The notes under the pieces: model-generated
Databases searched by the model: none
What the model was told of the DNA's origin: nothing
Seen by the model: only the letters and a program-made list of their open reading frames with translations
Virus record (IMG/VR): IMGVR_UViG_3300048851_000036
Location: 1-40,660 of that record
Direction: 5' to 3' (one strand)
Source of the DNA: a virus
Taxonomy: Duplodnaviria; Caudoviricetes
DNA length: 40,660 nt
Made by a program: the position numbers and the translations under genes
Shown here: positions 35,451 through 40,660 of the stretch, one piece after another
How positions within the stretch are numbered: position 1 is the first letter of the stretch
Layout: the number at the start of each line of letters is the position of its first letter

Positions 35451-37138
35451 GTCCGGCGATAGCAGAGCGGGTCCAGGAACTTGCGGACTTCCGGGAATGG
35501 GCGCGCGAACTCCGCGATGAGCGCATCGAACAGCGTACGCAACGCCCGTGGGTTCGACTGTGGGACGGGGAGTGGAAGTTCCGTGGCCAGTGCACGTCTG
35601 AGTTGTCGGCAAGCTTCAACTGGAAACTGAACGAAACGGGCGCGGGCTCCCTGACCTTGCCGATCGACTTCGAGGATGAACGCGGGACCTTCCTGGCCTA
35701 CTGGGCTTTGGAGGAGGAGGAACGGGAAACCCGCAACATCCACATCACTGTCGATAAAGACGGTGCGCGGTGGGGCGGGAGGATGCGCAAGGCCACCCTC
35801 AAACGTGACCCTAGTGGTGACACCGTTGTTCTTGAGTTTGCCCACGACTACGAGGAACTCAAACAGATTCGTGTAGTACCGAATCCGTTCCTCCCGGTCG
35901 GGCTGATCCAGTGGCCAAAAGTGTTCATGCTCGGCGGGCCATCTCGTCATTGCCTGAAAACAGCGCTGTTCCTGAACCTTCTTCGTCTGCACGCGACAGC
36001 GTTCGAGCTCCCACCTGACCCGTTGGATCCGGCCTCGTGGGATGACCTGTCGTTTGCCGCGTGGAAGATCGTGGTCAAGCCGCATTCTCTGGGCTCAGAT
36101 TCGTCGCCGTGGACGATCGTGTCGTCGCGGATGAAGTCGTTCCATGACATGGCGGCACCGATCCTCGAGGACGCCGAACTCATGGTGGAGTGCCGGCGTT
36201 GGCTGACCGGCGATCCGGAACCGTGGGAAGGCGCGAACCTTCGCAGCGGAACCCTAGTGGTGGACATCGTCGACAAGTCTGGGTTCCGTTCGGGCACTTC
36301 GTTCGGCGGGAATCTGGTCACCGGATTGACGCGGGCGATCGCTAACTTCACCAGCAACGGCATCGAGGATTCTTTCGACCTGATCACGGGTGAGCCTATC
36401 GGGGATTCGAACTACCGCTTGCCGGGGATCCTCGAGACACGACCCGCGAATCCATACGTCATCTACCGAGACGGCGATCGGACGGGCATCCAGTCGGCCG
36501 AGTTCAGCCGTACCGCCGCTGGCCCGGTTCGGGTGACTGTGGGTGGCCGCTCAATGCCGGGCGTGAACGAGGTCATTGAGGCCGCGGTGGGGTATGCCGG
36601 CGACGTCATCGGCGACAACCTTGTCATCGGCGGCTACGGTATCGGTTCCCTTGGTGGCGTGTTGAATGCGTTCCTAAAGCCCCTGTATGAGAACTCGATC
36701 CTTGCATTCACCACCTGGCGCAGCATCGCTCGAGCTGAGGAACTCGGTTGGTCCCACTACCTCGAGACGATGGGCTCTGGTGTCACCCAGGCATATACCC
36801 CCTCGGCGATCATGGACCTCCGCACCCGTTTCCGCGAGACGCGTGCCGAGACCACCAACAAGCTCGTGATCATGGATGCTTCGCCTTGGTTGATCGGTGA
36901 TCAGGGTGAGGGGCATTGGTTCCTTGGTGACCGGATCGGGTCGACCATCAAGTACTTGGGCACGCGGGTGTTTGTGGACCGCGCCCAAGAATTGGATCTT
37001 GGTTGGTCGCGGAGTGATGCGGTGACGTGGCAGGCGACGTTGGGTGACCCGCGTGCGAATGAGGACTGGCTGACGAAGCTCGCGCGGTTCACGAACAACT
37101 TCTTCAGTGATCTCACTGAGCTGGGAGTGATGGGCTAA
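35447..37138 (+). CDS. Minor tail protein (baseplate hub-like)
   Basis: P.VRLWDG.W...N.TG.G...HITVD..G.RW.G...NPFLP..IQ.PK. Confidence 0.85.
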   Translation: MSPAIAERVQELADFREWARELRDERIEQRTQRPWVRLWDGEWKFRGQCTSELSASFNWKLNETGAGSLTLPIDFEDERGTFLAYWALEEEERETRNIHITVDKDGARWGGRMRKATLKRDPSGDTVVLEFAHDYEELKQIRVVPNPFLPVGLIQWPKVFMLGGPSRHCLKTALFLNLLRLHATAFELPPDPLDPASWDDLSFAAWKIVVKPHSLGSDSSPWTIVSSRMKSFHDMAAPILEDAELMVECRRWLTGDPEPWEGANLRSGTLVVDIVDKSGFRSGTSFGGNLVTGLTRAIANFTSNGIEDSFDLITGEPIGDSNYRLPGILETRPANPYVIYRDGDRTGIQSAEFSRTAAGPVRVTVGGRSMPGVNEVIEAAVGYAGDVIGDNLVIGGYGIGSLGGVLNAFLKPLYENSILAFTTWRSIARAEELGWSHYLETMGSGVTQAYTPSAIMDLRTRFRETRAETTNKLVIMDASPWLIGDQGEGHWFLGDRIGSTIKYLGTRVFVDRAQELDLGWSRSDAVTWQATLGDPRANEDWLTKLARFTNNFFSDLTELGVMG

Positions 37139-37464
37139 TGACCGACGACAAAGACGCCCAGATTGAATTACTCACCCGCGCACTGGTGTTCGTGTTCGCA
37201 ACCGGTACCGAGTTGCCGTTCGCCACGTCGTTGGTGATTGTCCAGAAGTGGGCGACAGCGTTGTATGCGTTGGGCGTTCGGCACGACGATACCGTTCTGG
37301 CCGATGAGATGCCGCCAATGCCGCAATGGCTACAGGCGGCGGCGAAGGAACAGGTCGAGGGGCGTGAGGCGATCGGGATTGTTCCGGCGGATGGTGCTGT
37401 GCCACAGGGGTTCGCGTCGGTGATGAAAGCTCCGAAGAAACGTGCACCGCGTAAACGTCGATAG
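37138..37464 (+). CDS. Small tail-region protein
   Basis: TAATG coupling; W...LY.LGVRH motif. Confidence 0.65.
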   Translation: MTDDKDAQIELLTRALVFVFATGTELPFATSLVIVQKWATALYALGVRHDDTVLADEMPPMPQWLQAAAKEQVEGREAIGIVPADGAVPQGFASVMKAPKKRAPRKRR

Positions 37465-37647
37465 CTTTCACCGCGTGTGGACGGCCCCGTTCATCCAGGC
37501 CGCGGTCATGCGCGGCTGGTGGCAGTCACGCCGCGACGATATGGCGGCTGCGGATCGGGCGCGGGAAGAAGCCCGCGTCGTCCTGTTCACGGCCCGAATG
37601 CGGGCAGCCGATTTGCACACAGACATCAAAGACTTTGGGAGACAGCA

Positions 37648-38307
37648 ATGAGTTTCAGAACCGCTTACGGTTACACCCACTCCGAGAACGGCTGGCGGAT
37701 GTGCAACCGCGACGAATGCGTGTTGGTCCCAGGCCCCTACATGAACACAGCGCCCATCCGTTCTGGTGCTGCCGCGGTGATCCTCGGGGACTTCGCACGC
37801 CGGTATCACGCGGAAGTGGCGCCACTCATCTCGCCGGTGTGGGGTTGGTCCGCGCAGAACGACGTCGGCAACTCGAACCACCTGTCCGGTACCGCGCTGG
37901 ATCTCAATGCCACGCAATGGCCGTGGGGGCAGCGTCGGATGCCGCAGTGGATGATCGACAAAACCAACGCGCTGCTCGGCTTCTACGAGGGCACCATCTT
38001 CTGGGGTCGCAACTGGGACCGTGCCGACGAGATGCACTTCCAAATCGGTGTCCCGGAGGGCAACCCAGCGTTGGGTCGGATCGTCGCGAAGATTCAGGGT
38101 GGCGGGGCGAAAGCAGACACTCTCGACGAGGCCGCGGCAACGGGGTTTACAGCCGCATTCATGGGACCGATCGGGTCTGACGTGAAAGACATTCGATCAC
38201 AACTGACCGGTGGCCGCGATTCCGGCGAGTACCCCGGTTGGAATCAGATCGGAAAGCGATCGGCGGCCGATGCCCTCGCCGCGATCCTGAACGAGGTGTC
38301 GAAGTAA
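37648..38307 (+). CDS. Lysin A, peptidase part (M15-like)
   Basis: SENGW.MC; SNHLSGTALDLN...DEMHFQI. Confidence 0.85.
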   Translation: MSFRTAYGYTHSENGWRMCNRDECVLVPGPYMNTAPIRSGAAAVILGDFARRYHAEVAPLISPVWGWSAQNDVGNSNHLSGTALDLNATQWPWGQRRMPQWMIDKTNALLGFYEGTIFWGRNWDRADEMHFQIGVPEGNPALGRIVAKIQGGGAKADTLDEAAATGFTAAFMGPIGSDVKDIRSQLTGGRDSGEYPGWNQIGKRSAADALAAILNEVSK

Positions 38308-39191
38308 TGGGCACCTCATGGGCTGACGTCAGCCAGTACCAGCGCGTCGTAGACGACAGCTACCCGCACCCAGTCTTCGCGTTCCGCAGCAACAGTGGTG
38401 ACGTGGCCGATAAGAACGCCGCCGCCAACCTCACGTGGGCGCTGAACAGCAAAGTTCAAATCATCATCGTCTACTACTTCTTCCGGCCAGGGCAGGCGAA
38501 CTGCGACCTGTGGCGGGAAATCGTTACCCGCGGCGGAAAGATCGACCCGCGCATCGTGTGCATGGTCGACGTCGAGGGCGACCGCGGAACCGTTGCAGGT
38601 GACAACAGCGCCGAGATCAACGACGAGATCGGCCGCGTACAAGGATGGCTTGGCGGCAAGCGGGTCATCGGCTACTACAACCCCAAGTCCGACCCAGGAT
38701 TGTGGGTGACTCGCCCCAACATCCCGTTGGTGATCCCTCACTACAACGGCACACCGGGCCAGTCCTACGACTACCCAAACAGGTTCGCGCACCAGTACGC
38801 GGACAACGTGGCGTGCGCCCCCTTCGGTCCGTGCGATGCGAACTACACGGCCCTCTCGGTCGACCAACTCAAACAGCTTTTCGGAATCTCAGGAGGATCT
38901 CCCGCCATGTCAGACATAGACGCCATCAATGAGTTCACCAAGGCCTTCAACGCGCCGATTGGTTCCGATGTCAAGGACATCCGCGAACAGCTCGTCGGTG
39001 CTCGCGACCTCGCGTACAAGACCATCGCGGGGAAGAAGGTTGTAGACATCAACGCTTCGTTCCCCGGCTGGCCGCAGCTTGGCGGTCGGACGGCTGTCGA
39101 TGCGCTCGCCGCCATTGGTGCAGCCCTTGGCATTCCCGGATTTTTCGACCCACTCGGGGTCGTGAAGAACACCAACGAGAAGAAGGATTGA
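38307..39191 (+). CDS. Lysin A, glycoside hydrolase part (GH25-like)
   Basis: ADVSQYQ...Y.F...MVDVE...HQY.D...PFG.CD.N. Confidence 0.8.
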   Translation: MGTSWADVSQYQRVVDDSYPHPVFAFRSNSGDVADKNAAANLTWALNSKVQIIIVYYFFRPGQANCDLWREIVTRGGKIDPRIVCMVDVEGDRGTVAGDNSAEINDEIGRVQGWLGGKRVIGYYNPKSDPGLWVTRPNIPLVIPHYNGTPGQSYDYPNRFAHQYADNVACAPFGPCDANYTALSVDQLKQLFGISGGSPAMSDIDAINEFTKAFNAPIGSDVKDIREQLVGARDLAYKTIAGKKVVDINASFPGWPQLGGRTAVDALAAIGAALGIPGFFDPLGVVKNTNEKKD

Positions 39192-39193
39192 TC

Positions 39194-39244
39194 ATGAATG
39201 CTCTGAACATCCGGTCGGCTGCTGACCTCCGCGCTTTCCTCTAG
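39194..39244 (+). pseudogene. Orphaned original 5' end of the holin (MNALNIRSAADLRAFL*)
   Basis: GAAGGA RBS; 16 codons paralogous to the holin N-terminus MSALNIRSLADVRSFL. Confidence 0.85.
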
Positions 39245-39837
39245 CGGATGTGCTTCCAGCTTCTGTAAGAGCAAACGTCGTACGCGGTGGTCGGCGATAC
39301 GAAGAATTGGTCAGCGAGTAATTGGTACGTCTTACCGGAGCGCCTGAGTTCGCGCATCGCCAGAACTTGATCGTCGGTGAGCTTGGAGTAGGGGTTGATC
39401 TCGCCGCGCAGCCCGCCGTGACTGTGTGAACGCTTGCGCACCTTCATGTCTGCCATGTTCTCGGCGTGCGTGCCAACCAGAAGGTTGTTGGGGTTCACAT
39501 CCCTCGGAGTGTCGTTTTTGTGGCGGATCGAATACCCCTTAGGAATCGGGCCAACCCATCGCTCGTAAGAGTACCGATGCGCGTACATGCCAGCACCACA
39601 CGCAGCCATCCACCCATAGCCGTTCACAACGGGCCCAGGCCACAGCCAGGCGACTCCTTCGGGAGGTGGCTCGCCGGTACCCATCCGCGCCGTCCACGCG
39701 TCCTCGAAAGAGGTGTAGTAGCGCTGGCATTCAGCAAGTGGGTCGCCGTAAGTCTGAAAGCAATACAGATGGCGGCGGCAATATCCGTACCCCTTATGGG
39801 GCTTTTCGCATTCCGCAACAGAACATATTCGGGCCAT
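39241..39837 (-). CDS. HNH homing endonuclease inserted antisense in the lysis cassette
   Basis: CSVAEC...YCRRH; GYG...AHR.SYE..VGPIP.G..IRH..D...VNP.NL..GT..EN..D; C-terminal KLT...V HTH. Confidence 0.9.
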   Translation of the reverse strand: MARICSVAECEKPHKGYGYCRRHLYCFQTYGDPLAECQRYYTSFEDAWTARMGTGEPPPEGVAWLWPGPVVNGYGWMAACGAGMYAHRYSYERWVGPIPKGYSIRHKNDTPRDVNPNNLLVGTHAENMADMKVRKRSHSHGGLRGEINPYSKLTDDQVLAMRELRRSGKTYQLLADQFFVSPTTAYDVCSYRSWKHIR

Positions 39838-39867
39838 AAGGTCCAATCTACAGGAGGAGCAAATACC

Positions 39868-40221
39868 ATGTCAGCTCTAAATATTCGGTCCCTCGCAGAT
39901 GTTAGAAGTTTCCTTTACGTGCTGTGGCCGGTTGTCTCGGCGCTGCTCGTGTCGTACGGCGCCATCGACGGCAACGAAGCCTCGCTGTGGGGTGGCCTGG
40001 TGACTGCGGTCCTCGGCCCCGTCATCGCAGCCATCAACGCCAAGAACCTTTCCGGGTTCCGCACCGCGTTCTATGCAGTCCTCGCCGCCGGCCAGGCCAT
40101 TGTCGTTGGCTACGGCATCGCGACCGATGAGCAGATCGGTGTGTGGCTGCCGCTGGTGTCGGCGATCGTGGGTCTGTCGACTGGTGGTGTCGCCGCTGCG
40201 AACACGAAGACAACCGAGTAA
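39868..40221 (+). CDS. Holin
   Basis: AGGAGG RBS; about four hydrophobic segments arranged as two repeats (R..LY/FY...YG); follows the lysins. Confidence 0.85.
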   Translation: MSALNIRSLADVRSFLYVLWPVVSALLVSYGAIDGNEASLWGGLVTAVLGPVIAAINAKNLSGFRTAFYAVLAAGQAIVVGYGIATDEQIGVWLPLVSAIVGLSTGGVAAANTKTTE

Positions 40222-40542
40222 GTGACCGCGTGGCTCACCCCAGATGCTCTCAACGGGTTGACCGTTGGGACTCTGGTGGTGATCGGGGCGGTGGTGTTCT
40301 TGATCGCCGTTAATCGTCGGTGGATTGTGTTGCGGTGGCAGCACCTTGACGCCTTGACGATGCGGGATCAGGAGATCGCCAGGCAGGCGGCGCTCATCGC
40401 GGGGCACAACGAGGCGATGGCGATCAAGGACCAGACGATTGCCACACAGGCGGAGACAATCCGCAACAACAACGCCACTGGTGAAGGTGCGTTGAAGATG
40501 CTGCAAACGTTCCGGGAGTTGACGGCAGGTGGCGGCTCATGA
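40222..40542 (+). CDS. Membrane protein of the lysis cassette
   Basis: N-terminal TM segment plus coiled coil; directly after the holin. Confidence 0.7.
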   Translation: MTAWLTPDALNGLTVGTLVVIGAVVFLIAVNRRWIVLRWQHLDALTMRDQEIARQAALIAGHNEAMAIKDQTIATQAETIRNNNATGEGALKMLQTFRELTAGGGS

Positions 40543-40660
40543 TCTTTTCACGCGCCTGCCAGCGCAGGGAGAGGAAGCGTGCTGAGGCGTCTCGTGCCGC
40601 CGCGGCTGCTCAAACTGCGGCTGAAGCTAAGTCGTTGGTCGATGATGCCCAACGCACCTA

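Larger units (their letters stand above)
1..40660. mobile_element. Temperate actinobacteriophage/prophage (siphovirus), right end truncated
   Basis: att core at left edge; immunity, replication, terminase, portal, capsid, tail, tape measure and lysis genes in canonical order. Confidence 0.97.

Noticed and set aside
37442-37651. Small ORF between the tail genes and lysin
   Set aside because: The ATGA overlap with the lysin makes it plausible, but the start is unclear and there are no motifs, so it is not called.
39466-39867. Long N-terminal extension of the holin ORF
   Set aside because: It is the antisense shadow of the HNH gene; the real start is 39868 with an AGGAGG RBS.

Overview
The window is most of a temperate siphovirus-type actinobacteriophage/prophage (Corynebacteriales-like, e.g. 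Rhodococcus/Gordonia). It begins at an att core derived from a tRNA-Ala 3' end. Next come a leftward lysogeny operon (repressor, ImmA/IrrE peptidase, DUF3263, lipoprotein) and a rightward early operon (Cro, antirepressor, Xis, YqaJ exonuclease, NrdH, C5 methyltransferase, replication initiator, RusA). Packaging, head, tail and lysis genes follow; the right end is truncated and no integrase is in view. The standout is 3641-5272. Two non-coding arrays of strictly 5-nt-periodic GGY-NN units, divided by 4-nt GGCA spacers into 9-11-unit blocks, flank a stand-alone RAMP/Cas7-like gene, and a small conserved-looking gene follows. This looks like a compact phage-encoded RNA-guided system (VIPR-like) in which the variable dinucleotides would form a non-contiguous guide. 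Other notable items are an HNH gene inserted into the holin that supplies a recoded replacement 5' end, a likely pseudoknot over the tail-chaperone RBS, split lysins sharing a C-terminal module, and an iteron-like origin inside the initiator gene. All product calls come from motifs and synteny read by eye; no database searches were run.
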